A DNA stretch of 64,000 bases from Aureliella sp. (GCA_963691875.1 OY829846.1:4192001-4256000), one strand, 5' to 3'. Shown: positions 50,212 to 60,295, counted from the first letter of the stretch. Numbers and translations are program-made. The notes: generated by a model not told the origin, from the letters alone.

Positions 50212-50637
50212 ATGTCAGAATCTGCAGTAGAGCAAAGCAAGCTTGTGATCCGCGAAGCCGGTTTGAGAGCCACCCCTGCGCGCGTTGCGACACTAGAATT
50301 GCTGCAAAAATCTTCGTCGCCACTTACCCACGCTGACGTTGCTGAGCATCTCTCGAAGACCGGAGTCGACAAGGCTACCGCTTTTCGGGCGTTAAACGAT
50401 ATGACGGAAGCTGGTTTGCTCCGCCGAACGGAGCTCGGAGATCGCGTTTGGCGGTTTGAACTAATCGGCGAGGGCGAGCACGAGCATTTGGGGCATCCGC
50501 ATTTTGTTTGCATCGATTGCGGGCAAGTATCCTGCTTGGGCGATATCAAGCTCACCAAAAAAAGCCTCACGACGAGTGCGCAGATTGGCAGGATCACCGA
50601 GATCCTCCTTCGCGGTCAATGCGCCGATTGCTTGTAG
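50212..50637 (+). CDS. Fur-family transcriptional regulator (probably Zur-like)
   Basis: GLRATPAR; DKATAFRAL; HEHLGHPHFVCIDCG; GQCADC. Confidence 0.92.
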   Translation: MSESAVEQSKLVIREAGLRATPARVATLELLQKSSSPLTHADVAEHLSKTGVDKATAFRALNDMTEAGLLRRTELGDRVWRFELIGEGEHEHLGHPHFVCIDCGQVSCLGDIKLTKKSLTTSAQIGRITEILLRGQCADCL

Positions 50638-50766
50638 CCATCAGCAACGCGCACAGTTCAACTTCTTCCTGTCGCGGCTTCTTCTCTCTCGCTCAGTGCC
50701 ATAGTCACCCATGCTCGCCGGTCGAAGAGGAGTCATGGCCAACTGACGGACCCGAACACTGCTGCC

Positions 50767-51133
50767 TTGGCAATTCTATGTCTGTCGGCAGTGGTGAATC
50801 TAGCAGCCGGCTACAGTCTTCTAGCTAGGGTGCGACTTGCTCGTCAATGGCCGAGGATTTTGCGTTCTCCGTCATCATTGCCAATGTCATTCATCTATCT
50901 ATTGCGTTTGGCCAAGTGGCAAGACGATCCCTTGCGGATCTTTCTTTGTGGCAAGCGTTCCATTCGCCTCCACTCTCTTGATAGTGCTGATGTACTTTAG
51001 TTATGCTTCGGCGCTTGATGACAAGGCGATGCTTCAGTGGTTTCGCGTTTCGTGCCCAAAATGCGAGGAGAAAGGAGTAGCATCAGACTTCTTCTATCAA
51101 GCAGCGGTCTGCAAGAAGTGCAACTTTAATTAA
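50767..51133 (+). pseudogene. Possible frameshifted small membrane protein with C-terminal CxxC...CxxC
   Basis: Overlapping ORFs 50767-51000 and 50837-51133 each contribute hydrophobic segments; tail SCPKC...VCKKC. Confidence 0.3.
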
Positions 51134-51184
51134 CGCTGACTGTGTTGCCAGCTGATGCGCGATAGGTATGTCATCCAAGAACTA

Positions 51185-51289
51185 AGGCGGAAGACTAGTC
51201 AGAATCTGCCAGTCCAAGTTCGTTTTCAAGCAGTATTCCTTGCGCGAATGCCCCTATCTTGGTATGAGCTCTTCTGCCGGTTGTCGCCT
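51185..51289 (+). repeat. Dispersed ~105-bp element (family C) copy 3
   Basis: AGGCGGAAGACTAGTCAGAATCTGCCAG...GCTCTTCTGCCGGTTGTCGCCT; its end overlaps the vWA gene stop codon. Confidence 0.85.
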
Positions 51290-53633
51290 AAAGCATTCGG
51301 TACTTGCGTCGCAGCAGCCACTCGGCTGTGATGAGAAGTACAAAAGCTACCGCGATCCACCAGCTATTCCAGAGTGGAATCGGTGGGAGTGTGCCAAGAC
51401 GGTTGCGGCTTCCGCGCGGCAATTCCTGCAACATCTTCTCAAACTCGTGTGGCCGATAAGACTTACCGCGGGATATCCTTGCGAGAGATTGCATCGTAGT
51501 GATGTCGGCTCGGAGATCATATTGCTCACCGGGAGGCTCTGAAACGGTGAATTCCACGGAAGGTGGCGGATCTGCGTTCGGCTGAACGAGCAAAGCAGTG
51601 TATTGACCTGCAGGCAGCTGTGGAACTTGCGCTGTGTATCGTCGATTGTCGCGTACCGATTGGCTCAGCCGAATGGTTTGCTGCAGCTGTTTCTCGTTGG
51701 TCACGCTGACACGCGCGCTGTTTGGCAGGTCTTCTATCGATGTCGAGCTGCCTACCGTGGCGGTAACGTGTAATGGTTGGCCAGTCTGAATCTGCTGCGG
51801 TTCAATCGTTAGCCTGGAGGACTCCTCTTGTTGTCGTAGTTTGCCGCGGCTAGCCCAGCGCAACAGTTGCCCCCAGTATCGCTGGTGATATGTATCGTTT
51901 CCTTGAAAGCTGGTCCAACGAAAAGTTTCATCGGTGAGCTGCAAAACGGAGCGGCCGGAACCAGCAAATTGCGATACAAGGAGTGGCCTGTTTTCGCCAC
52001 CGCCGGCAAGATTGACGGCTTGGGCCAAGACTTGTGCGGCTGGCTTCAGGCCTTTAATGGAGGCAATGTTCTGCACCGGCGGGAGTTGGTTCCAGGTTTC
52101 CTGCGTGGTTGCTTCACTTGCATCAAGCAGAAGGGGAAGTGCCGATTCCCCGATAGTTGTAGGCTGCCAGCGCCAAGAAACGAGCTCACTTGGCATGGCG
52201 CCTCGGCTAGCAGCAGAATTGAGACCTAAACTGTCGGTACGAATCGGAAGCAGGTCGCCCAGCGGCCATCCCTGAAGTTCCCTATGCGCAGAATCTCGGC
52301 CCCATAAAAAAAGACAGCCCGCGCCTTGCTGCGTGACTGTGTCGTAGATAATCTGTTGAGCACGCCGACTAACGAGACTCGGGTCAAAGCTTCCAAAAAC
52401 GAATACATCGACTTGCTCAAGTCGTTCGCGGTTGCTTGGGACAAGTCGTATGGCGGATGGATCTTGGCTGACATATTCCGAATCGGACGCTTGCAGGACA
52501 CTCACCAGTTCAAAGGCCTTGGTGCCTTCTTCGCCAACTTGTTGGCTCCGTTCCAAGAAGTGCTTTAAGAAGCGAAATTCGTAAGTCGGCTGTCCTTGGA
52601 CCAGCATGACTCGGATCGTTTTATTTTGAACCGTTAAGTCCTTTTCCAGACGGTTGTTGCCCAAGTCTGTCTCACCGGGCAACGGCCGGGCTTCCACTGC
52701 AAGCCGCATCTTGCCAGAGCGCTTTGGCACAAAGTCAAGTCTGATGTTTCGTTGCGGTTGGCTGGGGTCTAGGGTAAGTGTCTTTTTGTCTAGGGCTTCG
52801 CCTGTGCCAAGGTCGATCAGAGCGATTCGGCTATCACCCGTCACGTAGTTGATCGCGACCGCGCTGAGCTCCACGGTGACCCGATCTCCCAAGTACGCAT
52901 TCGGTTCGACTCGCAAATCGCTGAGCCGGAGGTCGGGTAATGCAAAGTCTCGACCGACAGAAAGGGCGTAAACAGGAATGGCGGCCGAATGAGCGGCTTT
53001 GGCTGCTTCTTCAAGGCCAACGCCCGCTGTGTTGATTCCATCGCTTAGAAACAGCACGATAGCGCTTTCGCCGGCCCGCTGATCGATCAGTTTGATCAGG
53101 TTCTCACCTAATCTGCTAGTTTCGCCAGTCGCTTCCCAAGGAGTAGCACTATCTTGCAGGAATCCCGATGAAAGTGTTTCCCAGTGATCGGAAACGGAGA
53201 ACCATTGAATCGCGTACTGTTCGTTTAGCCTTTGTTTGCTGCTTTCGTCTAGATTGGCGAAGCCATTCTCTATCGTTGCAAGTCTAGTGCGTACTTGGTC
53301 ATCTGGGCCAAGTGCATCGCTGGTATCCATACTGGCGGAGGTATCGATAACAATTGCCAAAGTCGGGCGATCGGTCTCATAGCGAAACCAGTACCAACCG
53401 GTTAGCATCCATAGAGTCAGAAACAACAACGCGAACCGAATCGCTACTAACAATCCACGCTCGGGTATCTTGGCAGTACCACGTTCTTTGGCATAAATGA
53501 ATAAAGCAAAAGTGAAAGCCAAAACGGAGAAAAGTATCCAGCCCCAAGTTGGAAGTGACCAACTGGATTCTATGGCTGATTGCACGAGGGTTTCGGTAGG
53601 AGGCATCAACCAATCTTCTGTCCAAAGTACCAA
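51288..53633 (-). CDS. vWA + glutamine-amidotransferase-like membrane protein of the MoxR module
   Basis: MIDAS DTSASM; LSDG; EFRFLK; GSGRS...DETFRW; C-terminal PLWN...LITAEWLLRRK. Confidence 0.88.
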   Translation of the reverse strand: MVLWTEDWLMPPTETLVQSAIESSWSLPTWGWILFSVLAFTFALFIYAKERGTAKIPERGLLVAIRFALLFLTLWMLTGWYWFRYETDRPTLAIVIDTSASMDTSDALGPDDQVRTRLATIENGFANLDESSKQRLNEQYAIQWFSVSDHWETLSSGFLQDSATPWEATGETSRLGENLIKLIDQRAGESAIVLFLSDGINTAGVGLEEAAKAAHSAAIPVYALSVGRDFALPDLRLSDLRVEPNAYLGDRVTVELSAVAINYVTGDSRIALIDLGTGEALDKKTLTLDPSQPQRNIRLDFVPKRSGKMRLAVEARPLPGETDLGNNRLEKDLTVQNKTIRVMLVQGQPTYEFRFLKHFLERSQQVGEEGTKAFELVSVLQASDSEYVSQDPSAIRLVPSNRERLEQVDVFVFGSFDPSLVSRRAQQIIYDTVTQQGAGCLFLWGRDSAHRELQGWPLGDLLPIRTDSLGLNSAASRGAMPSELVSWRWQPTTIGESALPLLLDASEATTQETWNQLPPVQNIASIKGLKPAAQVLAQAVNLAGGGENRPLLVSQFAGSGRSVLQLTDETFRWTSFQGNDTYHQRYWGQLLRWASRGKLRQQEESSRLTIEPQQIQTGQPLHVTATVGSSTSIEDLPNSARVSVTNEKQLQQTIRLSQSVRDNRRYTAQVPQLPAGQYTALLVQPNADPPPSVEFTVSEPPGEQYDLRADITTMQSLARISRGKSYRPHEFEKMLQELPRGSRNRLGTLPPIPLWNSWWIAVAFVLLITAEWLLRRKYRML

Positions 53634-55783
53634 GCAATGCAGCTCTCCACCAAAAGTAATACTAAGACGGCAATGAGTAGCCCTTGAATCAAATGGTTCG
53701 AAGCTTTCATTGCTGGTTCGCCGGGAGGTTGATTCGCGCTACTTTCAATGGGCTGGATAGATGGCAGCTTGGGTAGCGAAATAGATGCAAACCGGGAGGT
53801 GATGGGCTCGAGGTTGACGCTATATGGTACCAGTCGATCACCGCCCATGTGCTCGGCCTTTACTTGGTACATCCCAGATGTCTGAGTCTGGTAAAAGAAC
53901 CAGCCGTATCCTCCATCTCCAAGACTTTCCGTGGTCAGTTGTTTGCTTTCTCCGTTCGGCAAGATGACCTCTGCGGTGGATGGGGTTGTGCTGCTTACTT
54001 GTCCCCCAAGCACATCGCCACATGCAAGATTTTGATCTTCCAGCTGTGAGTCGAGCAAGGACTGCATCAGTCCTTGCATCAGTGGAACAAAACTTGGCCA
54101 TGTCGCCATAGCATTCCAGGGTGATTCTGCGCTTGAATCATTGGTGCTGGGCGCAGAAAGCAGGCAAGCGACCCAGCCATTGCCAGATTGGAAACGCGTG
54201 ACCAGGGGACCGGAATCCACCAAGCCAATATCCCGTCTTAGCCCAGGATGCTCGTTCTGGATGAGCCAGTGGCGGAAAATAGGAGTGGTGAGCAAACCCG
54301 AGTCTGGAAAGCCTTGAAATGGCTTGGCAATCGAACTTTGGTATTCAAGTGGATCAATATTCCACAGCTTCTCCGCTGATGCTTGCACAAGTTGAAAGCC
54401 AAGTAGGGTTTCGGAATCCATGCTATTCCACATCGCAGAAGTCGTCGCAGGGCCGAGTCCGATAACCAGGTTACCACCCCGCTCAACGAATGATTGCAAC
54501 TGCGCGAAAACTGGACGATCCAAGTAGCCTAAGTCATTGCAGACAATCACTTCCCATTCCGTTAGATTGGATGCCAGCAGATCAATGGGCGATAGGATGG
54601 TAACATCGGCTCTTGTAGCCCCCTCCAGTAAGTCTCCTGCCGATAAAGCTAGGCGAATCATGCGAGTCTCGTCCTTCTTGCTTTCGACAAACAGGATGCG
54701 ACGATTATCGCGAACTTCTACTACCAGATGTCGCTGATTGTCCACTGTAAGATTGTCTTGAGGAAGTGAAGCCGTGATTCGATTAAAACCCGCGTCTTCG
54801 GCTTTCAATTGAAAGCTAACCGAACCAAGACTTTGCGCTGGGATGTCTAGTTGCTCAGAGGTAATATGTTGATCATTGAGCGAAATCGAAACTTCGACGT
54901 TGGATTCCGGACGACTGTTGAAGTTGAAGATCGTCGCGGTTACTCTTATTTCCTCGCCTAGCAAGTGGTGAGAAGATTCTGCTTGAAGGTCTTGTAGTAC
55001 GAGGTTGGTTGGTCTGGAGTTGCCAAGCGGTATCACCTTTAGCGGATACTTTGAAGCGAGCTGGACAAGTGCGTTCTCATTCTGTTCGAAAGCTGGCTGC
55101 CAGGTTGCGCCGACAAAATCACTGAGGAGTACTACTTCGATCTTCTTTGGCGCCGCAGGGTTCTGTTTCGTTTGCTCCAAGATCGACGAAACATAGGTTA
55201 AGCCACTGGGTATGTCGGCCCGTTGATGAGGCAACTGCTGACGCTTTAGTTCGGTAATAATCCTTTCGGATTCACGGGTTGGTTTTCGGATCGGTGCTGC
55301 TGACGGCTTGCCAAGCGTGATCAGCATAAAGTTATCGTTGGGTCCAGACTCTTCGATCCGCGCTTTGGTTTTTTCAATTGCTTGCTGCCATCGTGACTCA
55401 TCGGCCTCATCACTGTTGTTTTTGCCGTAAGCCATCGTGTAAGAGGTGTCGACGACAAAGACCCAAAGTTTGGCTTGCGTGCCAGCTACTGGGTCTGACT
55501 TGCTGGAAAGGGCTTCTAAGTAGGGACGAGCAAGAGCGAGTCCGAATAACACGAGGATCAATGTGCGAATCAGTAGCAACAACCATTGCTCGAAGCGCAG
55601 TCTCTTCGATTCTTGTTCGATGACCTTTCGCAGCAGTTCGATGGTAGCCCATGAAACTTTGGTTTGCTGACGCCGAAGGAAGAAATGTATGGCAATCGGA
55701 ATTCCAGCCGCAGCGATCCATGCGAGCATCCACAAGCTGGCAAATCCAGCTGCTAGAAACACCCTAGGAACTAGCATCGTCAT
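53606..55783 (-). CDS. BatA-domain/vWA membrane protein
   Basis: IPIAIHFF...WLLLLIRTL...LARP; VDTSYTM; LLSDF; DNLTVDN; C-terminal TM. Confidence 0.88.
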   Translation of the reverse strand: MTMLVPRVFLAAGFASLWMLAWIAAAGIPIAIHFFLRRQQTKVSWATIELLRKVIEQESKRLRFEQWLLLLIRTLILVLFGLALARPYLEALSSKSDPVAGTQAKLWVFVVDTSYTMAYGKNNSDEADESRWQQAIEKTKARIEESGPNDNFMLITLGKPSAAPIRKPTRESERIITELKRQQLPHQRADIPSGLTYVSSILEQTKQNPAAPKKIEVVLLSDFVGATWQPAFEQNENALVQLASKYPLKVIPLGNSRPTNLVLQDLQAESSHHLLGEEIRVTATIFNFNSRPESNVEVSISLNDQHITSEQLDIPAQSLGSVSFQLKAEDAGFNRITASLPQDNLTVDNQRHLVVEVRDNRRILFVESKKDETRMIRLALSAGDLLEGATRADVTILSPIDLLASNLTEWEVIVCNDLGYLDRPVFAQLQSFVERGGNLVIGLGPATTSAMWNSMDSETLLGFQLVQASAEKLWNIDPLEYQSSIAKPFQGFPDSGLLTTPIFRHWLIQNEHPGLRRDIGLVDSGPLVTRFQSGNGWVACLLSAPSTNDSSAESPWNAMATWPSFVPLMQGLMQSLLDSQLEDQNLACGDVLGGQVSSTTPSTAEVILPNGESKQLTTESLGDGGYGWFFYQTQTSGMYQVKAEHMGGDRLVPYSVNLEPITSRFASISLPKLPSIQPIESSANQPPGEPAMKASNHLIQGLLIAVLVLLLVESCIAWYFGQKIG

Positions 55784-55785
55784 GC

Positions 55786-56682
55786 TTAGCTCCTCGCTCG
55801 ACTAGCTAGGATGTGCGGCAACTGCTGCGCGAGCGACTCAGAAGTTCGAAGGCTGAAGTAATCTGAATTCTGCTGTCGACACACACGTTCAAGATCTCGG
55901 TGAAACTGCTTCATAGCCTTGCGGTAGGCACCTGCGATCAGCAATGGATCTGTCGTCAAGCTCGGCAGGTTTTCTAGCCCATCAAACTGTGTAGTTTGGT
56001 CGAACGGAAAGTCCAACTCGTCTGGATCGAAAATGTGAAGCAAAACTAGGTCATGGCGAGCGTGAGCCAGAAGCTTGAGTGCTTGCGAGACGGACTCGAA
56101 TTCGTCCAGCATGTCACTCAGCAAAATGAGCAGCGTCGGTTTCTGCAATCGTCCGGCGGTGTCGGATAAGACTTGAGTGAGATTGGTTTTCGTTTGCGTC
56201 GCGGATGTTTCAAGAATCTGTACAAAGTCGTCGAGTTGCGCCGGAGAGTTGCTGGCGGGCAGCCAATGCTCGATCTGCGAAGTGTAAGTGACCAGCCCAG
56301 CTTGGTCTTGCTGTGAAACAATGAGGTGACCTAGGGCGCAGGCAATGAGTTGTGCATATTCAAGCTTACTGAGATGGCTATTCTTGCCTCGATAATGCAT
56401 GCTCTCGCTCTGGTCGACCAGGATGTAGCAGAGCAGGTTCGTTTCATCTTCGTACTGTTTGAGGTAGTAACGATCGCTACGAGCGTAGACTTTCCAATCG
56501 ACTTGGCGCAGATCATCGCCCGGCACGTATTCTCGGTGTTGCGCAAACTCGGCCGAGTGCCCGCGGAGCGGACTACGATGCAAGCCCGACACTAAGCCTT
56601 CAACTAGGGTCTTTGCGCGAAGACCTAGCGGGCGGATCGATGCGAGGGTTTCAGGATCGAAGTACTTGAGCGATTTGTTCAC
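55786..56682 (-). CDS. DUF58 domain protein
   Basis: GLHRSP..GHSAEFAQHREYVPGDDLRQVDWK; KQYEDETN; DQSESM; SKLEYA. Start set at GTG 56682. Confidence 0.92.
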   Translation of the reverse strand: MNKSLKYFDPETLASIRPLGLRAKTLVEGLVSGLHRSPLRGHSAEFAQHREYVPGDDLRQVDWKVYARSDRYYLKQYEDETNLLCYILVDQSESMHYRGKNSHLSKLEYAQLIACALGHLIVSQQDQAGLVTYTSQIEHWLPASNSPAQLDDFVQILETSATQTKTNLTQVLSDTAGRLQKPTLLILLSDMLDEFESVSQALKLLAHARHDLVLLHIFDPDELDFPFDQTTQFDGLENLPSLTTDPLLIAGAYRKAMKQFHRDLERVCRQQNSDYFSLRTSESLAQQLPHILASRARS

Positions 56683-57748
56683 GATTTGGGCTATTCTGCA
56701 GCGATTGATCCACATTCGCGATCACGGCTTGGATGATCGTATCGACCGTGACACCTTCCGCTTCGGCTTGAAAATTCAGCTTAATGCGATGTCGCAAGAC
56801 TGGGGCAGCGACGGCTTCGATGTCTTCGCGTCGCACGACAGGGCTACCATGCATGGCAGCTCGGGATTTGGCTCCAAGTACGATGTACTGGCTTGCTCGT
56901 GGTCCAGCCCCCCAACGGACACAACGATCGACCAATTCCGTGGCCGCGTTGGTTGTATCAGTGTCCTCTCGAGGTCGCGTGAGTCGCGATAGCTCCGTCG
57001 CGATCAACGCAAGCGAAGGTGTGATCGCAATTTGCCTTACAATCTCACCCATCTCGGCAAGCTGTGAGCCGTTGATTGTTGTTGGTAACTGCGATTCGAC
57101 GTGGCTAGTAGTTCGCAAGACGATATCTAGTTCGTCTTGCTGTGTTGGATAGCCGACGTTAACCAAGAACATGAAACGGTCAAGCTGGGCTTCAGGCAAG
57201 GGGTATGTGCCTTCTTGCTCGATTGGGTTCTGCGTCGCGAGGACGAAGAATGGATGTGGTAGCACATGTTTCTTGCCGCCCGAAGTGACGTGGTGTTCCT
57301 GCATTGCTTCCAGTAGTGCGGCTTGGGTTTTGGGAGGAGTTCGATTGACCTCATCCGCCAGAACGACATTGGCAAAGACAGGGCCTGGTACGAATTGAAA
57401 GGCTCGCTGTCCGGTCGCTTTATCTTCCTGGATCACTTCCGTACCCGTTATGTCGGCGGGCATGAGGTCAGGAGTGAATTGGATTCGACTGAAGTCCAGA
57501 TCGATCAGCTTGGCGAGGCTGGAGATGAGTAGTGTTTTCGCAAGGCCCGGTACACCTACCAGAATGCAATGGCCTCCGGCGAGCAAAGCGATGAGCAGCT
57601 GCTCGATGACATCTTCTTGTCCGACAATGGTTTGGGCGAGACCCGCGCGAACGGCAGTAACCTGTTCCCGGATCCGTTCCAAGGCTTCTGGGCCTGCTTG
57701 AGTTGTGTTCAACTGATCCGTCACGCTGGAATCCGGTGGTTTATCCAA
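56651..57748 (-). CDS. moxR: MoxR-family AAA+ ATPase
   Basis: GVPGLAKT; RIQFTPDLMPADITG; LADEVNRTPPKTQAALLEAM; ATQNPIEQEGTYPLPEAQLDRF. Confidence 0.95.
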   Translation of the reverse strand: MDKPPDSSVTDQLNTTQAGPEALERIREQVTAVRAGLAQTIVGQEDVIEQLLIALLAGGHCILVGVPGLAKTLLISSLAKLIDLDFSRIQFTPDLMPADITGTEVIQEDKATGQRAFQFVPGPVFANVVLADEVNRTPPKTQAALLEAMQEHHVTSGGKKHVLPHPFFVLATQNPIEQEGTYPLPEAQLDRFMFLVNVGYPTQQDELDIVLRTTSHVESQLPTTINGSQLAEMGEIVRQIAITPSLALIATELSRLTRPREDTDTTNAATELVDRCVRWGAGPRASQYIVLGAKSRAAMHGSPVVRREDIEAVAAPVLRHRIKLNFQAEAEGVTVDTIIQAVIANVDQSLQNSPNREQIAQVLRS

Positions 57749-58089
57749 GAGTAGTTATTTGTGTTTCGAGAAAGGGCAGGGCAGGGAATCGTCTGGCCGA
57801 TAACCATAGTGCTGCCAGACAGGCATATCGCACGTTATGCGGGATGACTATCCCACTTGGCCAATATCGGGTCTGCCATCGAAAATTATTCGGCTCCGCG
57901 CAATATCTCTCATATGGAGGTGTCTAATAGGGTTAAGCTGGATTGGGGAAAGGGAGTGCTTTCAATGACATCCGATGATTTATTATACCCCGACTACAGC
58001 GAAAGAGTTCGGTTCGATCGGCTGATGAATCTGTCTTCATGTTCCCGACGCTAAATGTGGCCGCGCCTTTTATGAACGACTATCCAGCG

Positions 58090-58896
58090 ATGTCAGCCAA
58101 GTCAAAGCAAGTGGTCGCCACTGAGCCTGCATCTGAATTTGATGCCTTTGATGTTCGTGTCGCGGATACGAAAGGATTGGAAGGCGGGATATTCGTCTCT
58201 GACCTACATCTTCTCAGTTCGCGATGTGACAGCCAGAGAGCGATATCAGATCTGCATCAATACAACTCACGATCGCAATGTATTGTTCTTGGAGGCGATA
58301 CCTTTGATTTTCGCTGGAGCACACAAGGCGGATTTGAGCACACCTGTGATTCTGCAGTTCGGTGGTTGGAGGAGTTGCTAGATGCAACCGGCGAAGCATC
58401 CATCTACTTCCTGCTCGGGAATCACGATTGCTTGCCCGAGTTTGAGAAGAGACTTCGCGCGCACTCGGAAAAAGAGCCGCGTTTTCACTTAGTTCCTCAT
58501 GTCTTGCTGCTGGCTGACTGCATGTTCTTGCATGGTGATATTACGCACGCTGGCAGTTTTTCAAGGCTCGCCGACTATCGCAAGAAATATCATCATCACG
58601 AGCCAAGATCCAAGTGGCAGCATCACTGGTACGATCGTGCAGTCCGCTTGCGCGTGCCAGGGTTAGTCTCGCGAGCTGTTTGTCCGACGCCAGTGACGTG
58701 CAACAAGCTTTCTAGGATCATCGAAGAATCGCAGTTAGCTGCATGGAAAAAAGTGAAGCGTGTTTACTTTGGACATACTCACGTCGCAGCAGACGGATTC
58801 ACGGTATCGGGGCGCCGGTTTTACAACCCAGGATCTGGCATAAGATTCATGAAGTACTTGCCACATCAGTTCCTGCTCCATCATTCAGAAAAGTAG
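58090..58896 (+). CDS. Metallophosphoesterase (LpxH-like, calcineurin superfamily)
   Basis: SDLH, GDTFD, GNHD, HGD, GHTH, NPGS. Start uncertain (58039-58090). Confidence 0.85.
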   Translation: MSAKSKQVVATEPASEFDAFDVRVADTKGLEGGIFVSDLHLLSSRCDSQRAISDLHQYNSRSQCIVLGGDTFDFRWSTQGGFEHTCDSAVRWLEELLDATGEASIYFLLGNHDCLPEFEKRLRAHSEKEPRFHLVPHVLLLADCMFLHGDITHAGSFSRLADYRKKYHHHEPRSKWQHHWYDRAVRLRVPGLVSRAVCPTPVTCNKLSRIIEESQLAAWKKVKRVYFGHTHVAADGFTVSGRRFYNPGSGIRFMKYLPHQFLLHHSEK

Positions 58897-58916
58897 TTGC
58901 CCAGCTAGGTAGAAGG

Positions 58917-59594
58917 ATGACATCAGAATCGACCGGCACATCGAAACAGACAGAATCCAAGGCGGATTGTTATTCGGATGGCGAACGCGCTGCCATGGAA
59001 TGGGGCCAGCGCATACGCGCCCGTGCTCTTGCTCCGCTACTTAAACTGCTTTCACGGTTGAGCATTTCCGCCGACTTGGTCACTGGCCTGAGTCTTCTTG
59101 TTGGATTGGCCGCTATCGCGATGTTGGCGGTTGGTTGGCAATGGGCTGCAGTAGCGTGCCTCGTGTTTCACGTGCTATTGGATGGACTGGATGGTCCGCT
59201 CGCTCGGATGCAAGGGACCGCTTCGCCCCGAGGAAGCTTTACAGACACTTTGGCAGATCAGATCGTGGTGACTGGAGTCGCCATTTGGTGGATGGCAACG
59301 AATCCACAGGCTTTGCAAATCGTCATGGGCTGCAGTTTTGTCTTCCTGTACACGCTCGTTGTCGCAATTGCGATGGTTCGAAACGCAATGGGAGTTCCGT
59401 ATACTTGGCTAGTTCGACCGCGGTTCTTCTTCTTTGCAGCCTTGGTGATCGACGGAGTCTTCTTGCTTCCGAGTGCCATCATTGTCCTGGCCGTTTCAAA
59501 TCTGCTACTCGTAATTAAGGCGGGAAGCGGATTTCTCGCGCTTCGTTCCAACCTTCCCGGACCTGCATCGAATGACTCAGCCAAGAAAAACTAG
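58917..59594 (+). CDS. CDP-alcohol phosphatidyltransferase
   Basis: DGLDGPLARMQGTASPRGSFTDTLAD signature; AGAAGG RBS before ATG 58917. Confidence 0.9.
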   Translation: MTSESTGTSKQTESKADCYSDGERAAMEWGQRIRARALAPLLKLLSRLSISADLVTGLSLLVGLAAIAMLAVGWQWAAVACLVFHVLLDGLDGPLARMQGTASPRGSFTDTLADQIVVTGVAIWWMATNPQALQIVMGCSFVFLYTLVVAIAMVRNAMGVPYTWLVRPRFFFFAALVIDGVFLLPSAIIVLAVSNLLLVIKAGSGFLALRSNLPGPASNDSAKKN

Positions 59595-59599
59595 TTGGA

Positions 59600-60295
59600 G
59601 AGGGCTTAGCAAAGTTTGCTTTGTTAGGCTGTTCTTCGGTCTTGCTTTCGTTTGGCTGGTGTCCAACTGTGCGATGTACGTTTCCCGTCAAAGATTAGGA
59701 TTGCTCGCCGAATTCCAGTTTTAGCACCAGATTGCGAAGCAGTTTCACGATCGTCGACTACTGATCATTGGTCACCGAGGAGCAGGAGTTGAATCAGACA
59801 ATTTGGATCTCAAAATCGACGGTAGCCTTCGTGTTGGAGATGTTTGGGAAGAATTTGGAGGAACTCACAACTGGATTCTAGATATCAATTTTGATTCAGC
59901 TGCCAGCAAGGCTAAGATTGAGGGACAACTTTCGGACCACCAGATCCCCACCTAGAAGATCATCATCGTTGGCGATCAACCGGTAATGAAAGCGTTTCAA
60001 GATAGGGAGCTCCGACTTGGATAAACTGCACTCCGGGAATTGCACAAATAGATGCATCGGTCGCACTCATGCGTTTTCGACTTTTGTGAAAAGAACCAAT
60101 GCGACCTGCTTGTTGTCTCTGTCGACTTAGCGACTCCTTCCCTCGTTTCTCGCACAATTAAGGAAGGAATCGCGACTTGGACCTATGCTTCCGAGAGTCC
60201 TCGAGATCATGGACATGCAGTCAGCTGCGGCCGTCAATGGGCTCCTCGTCGATCATCCGGAGAAAGCGATAAAGGCGTTTCAATATATACCTGAT
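59600..60295 (+). pseudogene. Glycerophosphodiester phosphodiesterase remnant
   Basis: Fragments in different frames: LLIIGHRGAG (~59760-59790), QIPT*, GIATWTY, VNGLLVDHPE (~60235-60260). Several stops and frameshifts. Confidence 0.65.
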
